Below, piece by piece: positions 42,946 through 58,120 of a stretch of 64,000 nt of DNA; the stretch's first letter is position 1, and the number at the start of each line of letters is the position of its first letter. The DNA is from Chrysomallon squamiferum (Eukaryota; Animalia; Mollusca), in assembly GCA_012295275.1 (NCBI GenBank), contig CM022675.1, positions 13,888,001 through 13,952,000 of the forward strand. Direction: 5' to 3'. The notes beneath the pieces were generated by a model. It searched no databases. It saw only the letters and a list, made by a program, of their open reading frames with translations, and was not told the DNA's origin. A program made the translations under genes and the position numbers.

Positions 42946-43825
42946 ATTTTTTTTTCTCCGATCGTCTGGGAGTTTTATTTTTTTATTTATTTTCCAGTGT
43001 GTCTCTCTTTTTTCTCTCGCACAGCTGAAAGAGATAATAATTAAATCTGTAACGTCGCTGGCTGCCTACAGCAGTTTGTGTCAAATACTGCACAATGTCG
43101 ACAAAATTGGACTTTTCCAAACTGTCAGCAACAGACATCATTTTCTTTTGTACGTGATGTATCAGGGCGGATGTGTGCGTGAGTGCAGACATGTAGAACG
43201 ACTGTTCATATATGTCACTTTGTTTATCTGTTAACGTATATCTATCGACACAGTATACGTATATGTATGGATGTATGCACGTATGTGTATATGAATGTGT
43301 GGATTATATGGATGTGTCTCTCAATCTGTTATAGTCTAATAATAAATTTCTAAGAGAGAAAAGTACGGAGTGCTATTTGATTTGTGAAACATCTCGTAAT
43401 AAATTTAATTTCACGTCTTACAGATTATGCAATATTCATCCATGTGGGATAAGTAGGGAATTAAATGGGAGCGAGAAGAGAAGAAGAAAAGAATGTGGGC
43501 AATTACATGAGCAGTGTAAGATCGGTTCCTCGTAATGAGCGGAGGCTCGCCACGTCGTTTTAGTATTTACCGTTCAGCTCTGTCAATACAACGTGAAATC
43601 CTTTACGTCGATTGTTAACCGTCCCCTATGGAGATTTGGCATCTTCAGCCACAACGCTGCAATCAGCGTGTTGACGGTGTCTGTGCCAGAGGTATCGTTA
43701 AATACTCGCATTCGCCCAGAAGTAACTCGCGCGCGATCAAGTGTTCGGTTGAGAAAACATCGACATGGACTTTGAGAAGCTGATCTTTTCTGTTCACCAG
43801 CAGAATGTCGTTAAAAAAAGCGCTA

Positions 43826-44018
43826 GTGATTATAGACGTGATGTTAGTTATGTGATTATAGTCATGATGTTATTTACGTGTTTATAGACATGATGTTGAT
43901 TACGTGATTACAGTCATGATGTTAGTTACGTGATTATAGACATGATGTTAGTTACGTGATTATAGTCATCATGTTGTTTACGTGATTGTAGTCATCATGT
44001 TAGTTATGTTGATTATAG
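43826..44018. repeat. 26-bp minisatellite
   Basis: gtgattatagacatgatgttagttac. Confidence 0.9.
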
Positions 44019-44612
44019 ATTTGTGTTGGAATGAACACGTGTTTGAATGTTTCAGTGTAAGTCTCCTAATAGTGTTATTTTAATTCTCATGTATAAAAAC
44101 ATCACATGGATTACGATCCTGATGTTATAAAAATCTTCACTTCATTATGATCCCCAAGTCACAAAATCCATCACGTTGTTGTAGTCTCGATGCCCTACGA
44201 TCAGTTTCTGTACACTGATTAACAAATGATTATATTTTACATTAGAAAACTGAGGTTACAATGCTATTTAACTATCGAATTTCGCGTTTCCATTCTCTAT
44301 GGTTACCGGTGACATGATTTATTTGTTGCCCATAAGAAACTGACGACGTCACATTTGTAATCTTTGCTATCAGTTTTGATTCAGATGAAATTATTAATAC
44401 CAAATTTTGTCATTAACCGATCGATGAAGTCGTGATCCGACAACATGAACGAATGTGTCAACTACAACTACGTTCTGTGAAATGTGACATTTTGAATTTA
44501 TTGTTTGGATGATAACGAGAAGAAATGTATTTTTGAATCGCATTCAGCAAAAACATTCTACAGTACTAATCTGTAATAGTACTTTATACTGAATGAAATA
44601 TTTGAATATCTT

Positions 44613-44643
<31 letters not shown>

Positions 44644-44647
44644 TTAT

Positions 44648-44708
<61 letters not shown>

Positions 44709-44894
44709 TATTTTATTTGTAGTTGTTGTTGTTATTTTTATAAACTGGTTTGATTATTTATTTTATTACAGCAGTGACAGAAACAGCAGCATACAGAGAT
44801 GTAGGCTTTCTGCATCAGAACACTACCTGTTCAAGCAATCCTCTCGTGCTCTCTAAGTTCATTATTCAGAGGTTAATATATAGATATTTAAACA

Positions 44895-44957
<63 letters not shown>

Positions 44958-44979
44958 ATACAAATAACTGATAACTCGA

Positions 44980-45180
44980 AGTGTAAAGTGGCGCTGTTTT
45001 CATTCTCGGAATTCACGTGCAATGTTTTGCAATCTCTGCCACAGTCGGCCACGTCTGTCCTGTCACGTGACTCTCAGTTTAAAGTGGCGCGCGCTCTTTT
45101 CACGTGATGAGATTTGTTTATCTACTTACTCACGCAGATAGCTATTGAGAAACACACTCAGCGAGTAGATGCTAAAGTAT
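44980..45180. promoter_or_regulatory. E-box cluster (promoter/enhancer-like)
   Basis: TCACGTG, GTCACGTGAC (45062-45071), TCACGTGA, and two aaagtggcgc within ~130 bp. Confidence 0.4.
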
Positions 45181-45502
45181 TTTGTTACTCGAACATTTCC
45201 CACAAATCCGAGTAATTAGCGGAGAATGGAGAATTGTGTTACATTAACTGAACGTATGATGAAAACACACGCACGCACTGACGCACACACGCGCAGTGGG
45301 AGTCTGTGAACAGGTGAGAGAGATTTTGTAGGCATGTCTCTCAGCACGTGTAAGAAAGGTGACTCTGATACAGCGAGGGAAAGACTGGGGTGCAGGAGAA
45401 GTGAAGTGGCTGGGAAATTCAGGAACAGAGAAAGTAAGAAAGATACCGACAAAGAGAGTGATGATGCGTGTGAGTGTGTGTGTGTGCGTGTGTGCGCGAG
45501 TC

Positions 45503-45579
<77 letters not shown>

Positions 45580-47060
45580 ACATACAATCAAAAACCAAAT
45601 GAGGTAGCCAGTGAAAGAGGGAAACAAACAGACAAGCACAAATATACAGACATAGACAGAAAATCACAAAAAGCAAACACACACACACATGCATACATAC
45701 ATACATACACAGAGAGATACATAGACAGACAGAGAGTCAGATAGATAGATAGATAGATAGATATTTACAACACCGACAAATATTAATCTGAGAAATGCTC
45801 ATGGTTACTGACATGTTAGCAACGGTTGCTATGTCAGACCGTAGACATTAACCAGTTCGGAAGTGACGTTAAATTAGACTGACAACTGCAGGCTATCTCA
45901 GATAACTGGGATTTTACCTTTGATACGCTTACGTTTGCTGGACTCTTGGCTTAGTAAATGTCGTGTGTTGTGTGTGATGTACCAGGCTAAAAACTGTTGT
46001 AACTCTGAAGTATTAGAACAACAACAACAAAAACAACAAGTACAACAAGCGATCTGACTCCGATGAACTGTGTGTTTAATGTAAAAAACTAACATGTCAG
46101 TTTGGTTGCAAAATGGAATTAGTTCGCATTGAAATGAATAATTTGTATTCTTGTTTGTTGTTTGAGTTTTGTGTTTTTCATATACTGCTCCACTTCTCTG
46201 TTGTTTTGTTTAACTAATTGTTAACAGTTTTCTGCTAATTTAAAAGCGTTAATGTTACGATTTAATCTCAGTCAGGTGGTTCCAATTTTTAGAACTTTTA
46301 CTCCTTTTTTTAATTTTATTTTCTTCCTCTGATTTTATTATTAGTTTCTCTAGAAACAGCGCAGTATATACTTATAATCTGGTGTACGTGGACATGACAG
46401 TAACTTTTATTAGAAATGATGTTTATAAATAACATTATTTCTCGGTCGTAAAAAATGTTTGCAGATTTAATATAAAAAAAATATATTCCTCTTAACCTCC
46501 GCACCACCCCATTGCTCTCTCATCACACACACTAACAGTTTTTTATCTGTAATTAAATTCATATTTCGAGCTGTTCTGCAGTCTCTCTAGTTGTGTCAGA
46601 CTACGTTAACTTTCCTAGTTTCTGTACAAACATGTATCGCTGTTTAATGTTACTTATGGCGTTCCGCTGTAGTCTCGTAGTTTATCGTTCTTCTTTGAAG
46701 CTCTTCTGCTCGCCCACCAGGCTCCTGTGACGTCACCACGAATAAATAAATAATAAAGAAAAACGAGAACATTATTTACAACTGCTGACGTAAATAGTGT
46801 TTTCTTTTCACTCGAGAAAAGTTATAGATTTTTCACACCGAGAGTTCGCTATAAGGATTATTTATTTGTTTATTCATTTGTTCATTTGTTTGTTTGTTTG
46901 TTTGTTTTATTTATTTATTTATTTATTTTAGATTTGTTCTTTTCGATAATACAAACAAAAGTATTTCGAAATCCGTCCACATAAGTCTTTCTAACAACAT
47001 ACAACACAACAAAAATTCGAGAAAAATGAACAGCACCACCACCCCAACAACAACAACAAC

Positions 47061-47111
<51 letters not shown>

Positions 47112-48103
47112 GAAAGAAAAAGAAATAAAAAAAGACAAGTTTAAAAATAGAACTAGCAAGCAAAAGTCGAAGTAAACAGTCAAGATTTTTATGCAGTTAA
47201 AGAGAACAACATCAACAACAACAAAAACAATCACAACAATTACAATTACAAAATTTGCAACAATAACAAATACAGCAACAACAATTACAAAAAAACAACT
47301 ACAACAACAATTACAACTATAAGTTACAAACAGCAGTTACAAGAATTACAACATTAACTACAACAAAAAACAATTACAACAACAACTTAAACAACAATAA
47401 TAACATTTACCACAGTGCCAATTACAACAATAACATTTACAACTATAATAATAACAACAACAATTACAAACGCACACACATACAAACGCACACACATACA
47501 AACGCACACACATACAAACACACCCACACATACACGCTGAAATAGAGTAACTTCTGAGTTCAAAAATTAACTTATTTTTTCTGAGATCGGTGATCGAGAA
47601 TCCACACAAGGCAAAGAAGCCTCTCAGAGTATATTGTGCTGAGATATTCACTTGTAGTGATGTACTCAGGAAATTTCTTATTAGATTTATAACACTTGCC
47701 ACAAGCGAACTTAAATATGAGAGAGAAAGAAAGAGAGGTGAAGAAGAGAGAGAAAGACAGAGAAAGAGAGAGAAATGGAGAGAAAAAAAAGAGAGAAAGA
47801 GAGAGAAATGGAGAGAAAAAAGAGAGAAAGAGAGAGAAATGGAGAGAAAAAGAGAGAGACAGAGAAAAAGGATAGAAAGAAAGAGAGAGTGTGAGAGAGA
47901 AAGAAAGGAGAGATATAGAAAGAAAAAGAGAGGGAGAAATAGAGAGATGGAGAAAAAGATAGAAAGATAGAAAGAAAGGAGAGAGTGATAGAGAAAGAGA
48001 GAGGGAGCGAGAAGGAGAGAGACCGAGAAAGAAAGAGAAATACAGAGAGACAGCAGGAATGCGAGAAAGAGAACGATATATATACATATGGATACAGACA
48101 GTG

Positions 48104-48141
<38 letters not shown>

Positions 48142-48148
48142 GCACGCA

Positions 48149-48448
48149 CGGCGTGGTCCTGTGGAATGGCCTCCCAGATCCCCAGACCTTACTCCACTTG
48201 ATTTTTACCTCTGGGGGCATTAGAAAGCCAACGAGTATGAGGAAAAGATACAAAACATAAATCATCTCAAGCAATGTATCACCAACGCCAATACAAGGAT
48301 AATGTTCTTCAACATTGGAAGATACGCAATGAAATGTGTTTTCAACATAATGGCAGTCACGAAGAACATATTATATAAATAAAAATGGTTTTTCACATAA
48401 AAACGTTTATTTTTCCTTTGTATGGAATATTATGTGACACCCTTTATA
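48149..48448 (+). mobile_element. Tc1/mariner-superfamily (DDxD type) transposase 3' remnant
   Basis: Translates RRGPVEWPPRSPDLTPLDFYLWGH*KANEYEEKIQNINHLKQCI; later frame CFQHNGSHEEHII*; ends in TIR-like gtgacaccctttata; contains a stop and frameshifts. Confidence 0.85.
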
Positions 48449-49286
48449 TCTAAGTGTTGTAAACTAAAGTTGTGATCTGCTGTGTTATTTAACTTCTCTG
48501 AGATGTAATCAGTACAAGTTATGATAACATTTAATTATTAAAAAAAATACAGCACCGCCACCCAGTCGTTCACTGCTAACTCAAGAGGTCTTTGTACACT
48601 ATTTGTTCTGTGTTGTATGTTGACGTACATAAATGTGTGACGTCAACAAGTCTATATAAATATAGTAAAACGGCACTCCGTAGTTTCTGTTTGAAGATGT
48701 ACTGATCGTTGTTCCGTACTGTCAGAAGAAAAGCGATTGCATTTCACACTGAAGTGTGAATATAGTTTATCTCTCCAGACACAGTCTAACATGTTTACTG
48801 TGAAGACAACGGACCACAGGGAGGAAAACAGAAAAGAATGCCGTCAGCGCCAATGAAGCGAATTATCTTGAATAATGGCGCATTTCTGTAGTCACGTGAC
48901 TTTGGGCTAGCAAGCGTTGAAGTCTCAAATGTCAGACACTATCTATAAAAGTAACGATGATTTTATTAACATCAACAACAACACCAGTACCAACAAGAAC
49001 AGCATCAATAACAACAATAACAACAACAACTACAACAACATTAAACCTGCAACAACAGTACCAACAGTATCAACACCACCACCAATAGCAGTACCATTAA
49101 CAACATCAACAATATAACCATCACTACCACCACTATAACCATCACAAAGACCGACAACAACAACGATGATGATGATGATGGTGTTGACGACGATGACGAC
49201 AACGACGACAAGACAAAACTGCTTTTTGATGGCAGTCGCGGTGACAATTGTAAAACGATTATAATAAGAACGAAAGAACGAACGAA

Positions 49287-49321
<35 letters not shown>

Positions 49322-49463
49322 ACAGGTAATTAGGTAGGTAAGTAAATAATAAATAAGTAAACAAAATTAAAAAAATAGATATTCAGGTAAATAAATAGAT
49401 ATCTAAATAAATAAATAGATACATACTAAATTAAAAATATATATAGATAAATAAATAGTAAAA

Positions 49464-49502
<39 letters not shown>

Positions 49503-50917
49503 AATAAAATAAAGCAGCAAAGAATCAAAGAAACAGCTAGAAGCACGTTCGTGTAAGAAGTGTGATGACGTCACACAGACGGACAGACACTGCAGCCTGT
49601 GTTTGCAAGAAACTGAACTAAACTCTTCAAGTATCTACACAAATCTACAATTAAATAAACTGAACCGGAAGTAACTCTTCAGCGCGGAGACACACAGTTA
49701 TTGCGCTCAGTTAATTTGTGAGCTTGTGTTGAAGAGTTCCCTGGCTTGGGACACAAAACGACTGAAAATTACAGTGATGAAAACAAGAAATAAAAAATTG
49801 ATGAAAATGATAGTTAAATGTAGCAAGTGAATTAGAAAGGAGAGACAGAAATATAAACAAAATAAAGTAAAATGAAAAACAGTTAAATTAAATGAAGTTA
49901 GAATGGACAGAACGGAATTCAGTCAAAGAAGTCTAATAATAAACACGTTTAAGATCGTGTACACGATAATAGATTCACAACGGAACAAACTGTTTACCAT
50001 TAATCAGAACCAGATATTTTATCTTACCGTTTTATAGCCTGCTTCAAGATAAAAATATATTTTATAATGTGAGATTATATTACAGTTTCCACAGAAATGT
50101 ATCATAGTATGCTGTAATGTACATCATAATGTGCGATAATGTATTATCATGTGAAATAATGTATTATCATGTGAAATAATGTATTATCAAGTGCAGCATT
50201 TTGTCATAATGTGCGTCAGACTTTCTACAAATGCTGCAGTTTTCTCGTGACTTCTCTATCAGGGATGTTAGAATATTTTACTTGAAAACTTTCATTGTAT
50301 CCTAGCTTTTTCTGGTAATTAATAACAAGTTCTATCCAAGACCCTTGTCTCTGGATCACTGCTGCTGAATCACAATCAATCAATCAATCAATAATATATC
50401 AAATAAACACAAAATAAACAAAATAAAAAGTTTACGCATGCATGTCTGTTCGTGGTTGTTATACAAATAATGTCACTGTAATACATTCTCAAAAAGTTGT
50501 ACTTAAACTAGATTTAAACCACAGTGTTTACACAGTCCACAGAAATTCAGAAACAAAACAAAACAAAAAACAACAACAGCTAGTGGGACTAATTAATAGA
50601 AAGAGTGTTAACAGATTAATTTTTAATTAAAACACTGTGTCGATCCGATTACTAGTGAAATCATCTCTCAGTTTAATCGCATTAAGACAGACAGAATTAC
50701 AGACGAGACCGCCATTGTAACTGCTGTACAGGTCAGCCAAGTCAGAAACATCTTAAATAATGACACGTCTTGTTCTTCTTAATGTACGTGTGTACGTAAC
50801 ATAAAATATTTCAACACTTAGAGATATACTCAGTTTCTGTATAGTTTACTGTTCAGAATTAAAAACAGATCGCTTTCTTCCAGGAAAAGCAAAAACAAAC
50901 AAACAAATAAAAAGGTG

Positions 50918-50919
<2 letters not shown>

Positions 50920-50981
<62 letters not shown>

Positions 50982-51020
50982 AAAACAACAAAAAAAAAAA
51001 AAAAAAAAAAAAAAAAGAAA
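50920..51020. repeat. Long poly(A) tract
   Basis: Two A runs separated by caaaacaac. Confidence 0.9.
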
Positions 51021-51948
51021 AACAAGCAAACAAAACAAAACAAAACAAAAACAAAAAATACACAAAGAAAAAATACATATTATTTTGCTGCTCTTTGTTA
51101 CAAAATAAAAATAAAAATAAAATTAAAATAACGAGCAACAACACTAGCAATAATAACATCAGTAATATAATTATAACAATAAACAGTAACAACATTAAGA
51201 ACAATAAAAATAAAATAATAACAATAGCACAACGACGACGACGACGACTATAACAACAACAACAATAATGATGATGATGATGATGATGATGATGATAATA
51301 ATAATAATAATAATAATGGACATACACTTTTTAACCTTTATCGTTAAAAAGTTTTGAGATTTTCTCAAAACAAATCTTCTTTTCACTTCTAAAAACAGAC
51401 ATGCTTTCAATTACGAGTCACTTAACAAATTGAAAAAAAAAAAAAACCAAAAAAAAACTTCTCCAATTCTTGTCTTTGTGTTTCCAATTTTCATGCTATT
51501 TTTTTTAAAATCACTTTATCTTTGAAGAGGCAGCTGAAGACGTAAACAGATGTTAATAACATTGATTTTTGCTTTGTTTCATACGAATTTCTTAAGTTTT
51601 CATTTCACTGGTCTTCTTGTCGTGCAGTATTGTCTCTGCGAAACCTCGCTTTTCGCTTCTTTATCCAGACTCGACCTGGCAGAGATGGAAAAACAAGTGG
51701 CTGTTTGCTAAGCGTGTATCGGGTCACACTGCGACGTGGACAAAGAAATCGTATTAAGTGTTGATAGGATTCCGTGCAGAATTACGTAGCTGATTGTTTG
51801 ATGTTGTAGACACAAATAGAACTGATTAGAGTCTACCTGAGAAAGTTCATCTTTTTTCTTGTTTGATCATTAAAACAATCAATATTTGCATAAACATACT
51901 TAGACACACACACACACGCACACACACACACGTACATATACACATACA

Positions 51949-52120
51949 TGGCTGAACGGTGACACTATTCGCCTTCGGAGTCCGGGCGAATGTTTGCCAT
52001 ACGTTCGAGTCTCGTCAGCGGCATCTGACGGGTTTGCGAGGTCATTATTGGACTTTGTCCTCCTGCGCCAGTGCGTTCCTTAATATTGTCTATGTGCAGA
52101 GTCTATTCAAACGCACGTAA
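51949..52120 (+). mobile_element. tRNA-derived SINE head / tRNA pseudogene-like fragment
   Basis: A-box-like TGGCTGAACGGT, internal stem ATTCGCC/GGCGAAT, B-box GTTCGAGTC, then a GC-rich body; no intact acceptor stem. Confidence 0.5.
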
Positions 52121-52474
52121 GACAGAGAATATTCGAAACTACATATATACACACATACATACATACAGAAATACTTCCATTCAAACACAAACATACTGCA
52201 GTAAATGGAAGCAGCTGACGAGAAATGTAGAACATTCCTGAGCAGATTTGAAGAAAGTGTAACAGCTGTTTAAATGTGTCAGAGTGAAACACCCAAACAA
52301 CCTGATCACTGTTCTGTCTTCTAGACTGCTATTTTATTGTATAGTTTGTTATACTGTCATATGATATGGTATGGTATGTAATATGTGTTGTATTACGTTA
52401 CGGTATTTTATATTAATTTGTGTTTTGTTAACAATAAAGTTTCTGTTACAATAATCATCATAACAATTCTTCTG

Positions 52475-52680
52475 TATTAATTATAATTTTAACCTAACGC
52501 TGTAGATTAATTATAATTTTAACTTAACACCGTAGATTAATTATAATTTTAACCTAACACTGTAGATTAATTATAATTTTAACTTAACATCGTAGATTAA
52601 TTATAACTATAACCTAAACTGTAGATTCATTATAATTTTAACCTAACGCTGTAGATTAATTATAATTTTGACTTAACACT
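52475..52680. repeat. 30-bp minisatellite
   Basis: tagattaattataattttaacctaacactg. Confidence 0.9.
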
Positions 52681-53294
52681 GAATATTTTGTTAATTTAAA
52701 TATTGTAAGTCGAGTCAATTAAGGTGACCACGTGTTAAAATTTTCTGAATTAAAATGTTCATCTACTTCGATATCAAAATATTCAATAATCATACTTAAT
52801 ATTATCTACAACAGCATAATAATAATACTGTAATATCATCTAAAACCACGTCTTCTACAACCATGTTGTAATGTGACAGACTTAACTGTCACAACGTCAA
52901 TGCAAATCTTTCAGACGAGGTCATCTACATCAACGTTATGAAAATGACGACGTAGTATTTTGAGGACTCGAAAAGAGAACATTTATTTTCACACGAGTAC
53001 TCGCAGATTGATTATCACTCAGTCCACTTCGCTGATTTCCATCATAAAAATATAAATATAGATTTTACTTCAACAGGCCATTAATAAACCAATGAAGCTT
53101 AAAACAATTACTCATTAATCGACAACGTTCGTTAAATTCCGTATGTCATTAATTCTCTGCTGTCAGTCATTAACTCGGAGAATGTCGTTCAAATATAACG
53201 TAAAAAGAAATGTTTACATTTTCACAAATCGTTGACGTGAAAGTGAACAAATATGGCGGAAACTTGCAATGATGGTCTCAGGGAGAATCATTTC

Positions 53295-53640
<346 letters not shown>

Positions 53641-53757
53641 GTATATTTTACAGAGTACTAGTCTTGGAGAGGTCCTTAAATGTATTTATATTGATCTTCG
53701 TGGAATGCTCACATTTTTAATTTTTCTTATTTTCTTCTTCTTCTTCTTCTTCTTCTT

Positions 53758-53788
<31 letters not shown>

Positions 53789-53983
53789 TTATTATTATTA
53801 TTATTATTTTCGTATATCTCCTGATGTGAGGCACTAAGCTGCAGTATTTTACACACACCTCTGACGACATCACATCATCTCCTACCACTACAACAACAAC
53901 AACATTAACTTTACTTTTGCTGCTATTATTAGTACCATTATTACAGTTACAACAACATTATTCCTAATCTACTACTACTACCG

Positions 53984-54042
<59 letters not shown>

Positions 54043-54744
54043 GCTACTGCTACTACTACTGTTACACTTCTACTATTACTACTATCACCACATCTTTTAC
54101 AACGATAACTTCTACTACTATTATTACACTACTATTAATACAACAACTCACGAACTACTATTGCTACAAAAAACTACTTTTCGTATTACTACTACACCTA
54201 CAACGACATACACAGCTGCTATTTTTACAGCTGTGCTTTTGTTAAGTTTCGCAGTTGGCTTAAAAACAAAACAAGAAAGAAAATTAATCTGTTTTTTCTG
54301 TAAACCTCTCTCTGCTTGTCTGAATATCATCTAGGCAAGAATTGTTATATTATTATTAGTAGTAGTAGTGCTGTTGTTGTTGTTGCTGTTGTTTTTGTTG
54401 TTGTTGGTGGTGTTGTCATCGTCGTCGTCGTCTCTGTTATATTGTCTTTCTAAGAATACACTAGAATTTAAAAAAAATTCTCTGAAGTTCCCTCTGCACC
54501 TTCTAGACCTTAAAAAATAAGAATAAGAAAGGGAAAAGGAAATGTGAAATTAAAAATGTCAATGAAACCTTAAACCAAGCGCTAACCTAAGACAGAGCTA
54601 AAAAAAAAAAAAATTATAAGAAAAGAAGAAAGAACGAAAAAAGGAGAAGGAAACAGAAAAAAAAGAGAGAAAAAAAAAGGAGAAGAAAGACGAATTATAA
54701 CAAAATTATACAAATTGGCTGTAGCAGACATCTGTTTGAAACCT

Positions 54745-55610
54745 GTAGATAAAGGTGTAGTAGACAACACGTAGCAGAAAACAGTGTAGATAAACGTGTA
54801 GTAGACAACACGTAGTAGAAAACAGTGTAGATAAACGTGTAGTAGACAACACATGGTAGAAAACAGTGTAGATAAACGTGTAGTAGACAACACATAGTAG
54901 AAAACAGAGTAGAGTAACGTAGACAACACGTGGGTAGAAATCGTAGTAGACAACACGTGGTAGAAAAAGTGTAGTAGACAACACGTAAAAACAGTAGAAA
55001 AACAGTGTAGAGAAAACATTGTAGAGTAACAGTGGACAACACGTAGTAGAAAACAGTGTAGATAAACGTGTAGTAGACAACACGTGGTAGAAAACAGTGT
55101 AGAGAAACGTGTAGTAGACAACACGTAGTAGAAAACAGTGTAGATAAACGTGTAGTAGACAACACGCGGTAGAAAACAGTGTAGATAAACGCGTAGTAGA
55201 CAACACGTGGTAAGTAACGTAGAGCAGACAACACGTGGTAGAAAACAGTGTAGAGAAACGTGTAGTAGACAACACGTGGTAGAAAACAGTGTAGAGAAAC
55301 GTGAAGTAGACAACACGTGGTAGAAAACAGTGTACAGAAACGTGTAGTAGACAACAGGTAATAAAAAACATTGTAGAGAAACGTAGTGTAGACAACAGTG
55401 TAGAAAAATGTGGAGTAGGATACACGTGGTGGAAAACACTGCCGAGAAACGTATAGTAGTCAAACTGTGGTAAAAACTAATGTAGAGAAATGTGTAGTAG
55501 ACAAAATGTGGTAAAAAAAATAGTGTAGAGAAACGTGCAGTAGACAAAACGAGGTAAAAAATAGTGTAGAGAAAGGTGAAGTAGAGGCAAACACGTGGTA
55601 GAAAACAGCG
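54745..55610. repeat. 41-bp minisatellite (~20 units)
   Basis: gtagtagacaacacgtggtagaaaacagtgtagataaacgt. Confidence 0.93.
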
Positions 55611-56593
55611 AAGATTTGAGTCATTGATTCTCTCTCGTAGACTTGTTCACTCGCCGCTCACTTCTCAGTGTGCAGTCGAGATTTTCCGTGTGCTTCTCGT
55701 TGCTTATTAATATTATAACTCTTCTAAATACATCTGAAGATTTTTCTCTCCGTGTGTACTAAGTGATTCTGTCGTGGATTACTCTACTCTCAGTGTGTTG
55801 TTTGAAAACTCTGTAAACACCGATAGGATTTACTACTGAAATTTTACTTTCGTTTGGGGATAAAAAGAAAAGAATTTTGTGATGTGTAAAATCTGTGCAA
55901 GTGAAGCAACCAGAAACAAATGTAAGTATTCGATGTAAATTATACAGTTTGTATTTATTAAAAACGATTAATTCGTTATTTCTTTCATTCGTCATTTATT
56001 CACTGATCCATCATTCCGTTCTTTTATTAATTCGTCACGTTCTGTAATGTTATAAAAACTGATTTTGTAAAACTGATTTTGTAAAACTGATTTTGAAAAA
56101 CTGATTTGTTTACAGTTCACATTTTTAAAAATGTTTTGATTTTCTTGTTGTGATGAATCACTTTCATAGCACTGTAGTAAATCTACTACATCCATTATAA
56201 CAACAGCAACAACAACAGCTACGACTATGACCTGCCGCTATTACTGTTAAAACCGCTACTACTATCACCACATTTGCTATGCTACTTCAGCTACTACAGT
56301 GACTATTACTTCAGATACAACCACAAACTATAACTACTAATACTATTTCTACTACTATTACTACTACTGTTACTACTTCTACCCTTACTACAAAACAACC
56401 GTTGCCAGTAATATACTAACATTACTATTATTATAACAACTACTACAACAACTGCTACTGAGTTTCTTTTTATTCTTATTTTTATTTATCGCGTTCTTGT
56501 TCTTCTTGTTCTTCATTTTCTTCTTGATCTTTTTGTTCTCCTTTTTCTTCTTGTTCTTGCTGTTGTTCTTTTTCTTCTTGTTCTTCTTTTTCT

Positions 56594-56625
<32 letters not shown>

Positions 56626-56802
56626 GGATGCGTGTGTATATATGTATAAATGTATGCATGTATGTATGTTTGCGTATATGTGTGTCTATATGTATGTATG
56701 TATGTATCTATGTATGTATGCTTGTGTGTGTATGTACCTGTATGTTCGTATCTAAGTATACCTATGTGTGTATGTGTGCATGTTTGTACATTTGATTTTA
56801 CG

Positions 56803-56858
<56 letters not shown>

Positions 56859-57064
56859 TGTATGTATGTATGTATGTATGTATGTATGTATGTATGTATG
56901 GATGTATGTATGTACACACTCACACACACACATAAACCCACACCCACTCACCCACACACATACACCCCCCACACACATACATTAAATGCACACTTATTAT
57001 TTTGTTAATTTCGACATTTGAAAAGAATTTCGATATCACAAAGATGACTAACTGATTTAATCCG

Positions 57065-57215
57065 AACGTGTCGCCTGCACCGCGGCCTGGCCTCGCTCTG
57101 ATTGGATTATTTGATAATCAACATTTCCAGCTCTCAGGCAGCCATGGGCCGGCGTTTGATTAAAGATGGCGGCTGCTCGTGCCAGTGATCCAAGTGATTA
57201 ACGCGGCTGAAAATT
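57065..57215. promoter_or_regulatory. GC/CpG-rich island with CCAAT box and YY1 consensus
   Basis: ctgATTGG 57101-57105; AAGATGGCGGC 57163-57173. Confidence 0.45.
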
Positions 57216-57388
57216 ACAACTGAATGTTTTTAATTGTCAGCCTCAAAGTGAAAAAAAAAAGAAGAAGAAAAAAGAAAAAAAACAGAAGAACAAGAAGAAA
57301 TATTGATGTTTTTTTTTTTACACCGTATAAAGAAGTCGATTATAATGATGGTGGCTTATTATTATTATTATCATCATCATCATCATCA

Positions 57389-57461
<73 letters not shown>

Positions 57462-57530
57462 CATCATCATCATCATCATCATCATTATTATTATTATTAT
57501 TATTATTTATATTATTATTTTTTATTATTA

Positions 57531-57562
<32 letters not shown>

Positions 57563-57684
57563 TTATTGTAGAAAAAGAAATTAATCTGAGATAAAAAAAA
57601 AACAGAACACACAAAAAAAAAAAAACGATTCAACGAAAACAGTTACATAATTTATATTTCATTATAGTTTACCAACCTATTGTT

Positions 57685-57715
<31 letters not shown>

Positions 57716-57774
57716 TTAATTATATATTTCTGACCTGTTGTTATATATTATATATTTTGTGACCTGTTTTATTT

Positions 57775-58120
57775 TCGGTCCTACTTATTACATGCAGTTA
57801 CTATATTCAACTGACCTATATTACATGCAGTTACTATATTCAACTGAACTAGTGTTACATGCAGTTACTATATTCAACTGAACTAGTGTTACATGCAGTT
57901 ACTATATTTAACTGACCTACTATTACATGCAGTTACTATATTCAACTGAACTAGTGTTACATGCAGTTACTATATTCAACTGACCTATTGTTGCATGCAG
58001 TTACTATATTTAACTGATCTACTGTTACATGCAGTTACTACATTCAGCTGACCTAATGTTACATGCAGTTACTATATTCAACTGTCCTACTGTTACATGC
58101 AGTTACTGTATTTTACTGAC
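57775..58120. repeat. 33-34-bp minisatellite (~10 units)
   Basis: ttacatgcagttactatattcaactgacctactg. Confidence 0.93.

Noticed and set aside
43578-43691. Possible exon (ttcag|CTCTG...CAGAG|gtatcg), open in one frame
   Set aside because: Weak donor, peptide unrecognisable, no phase-compatible neighbour
47358-48149. 263- and 189-aa hydrophobic ORFs
   Set aside because: Derived from GA-rich and CA low-complexity sequence
50920-51020. Poly(A) tail of a retrocopy or LINE
   Set aside because: No recognisable upstream coding or RT sequence and no target-site duplication found
51949-52025. Functional tRNA gene
   Set aside because: A/B-box-like motifs present but no complete acceptor stem or poly-T terminator; better explained as a SINE head
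54582-55547. 321-, 239- and 219-aa minus-strand ORFs
   Set aside because: All three frames are open because the 41-bp repeat lacks stops on that strand
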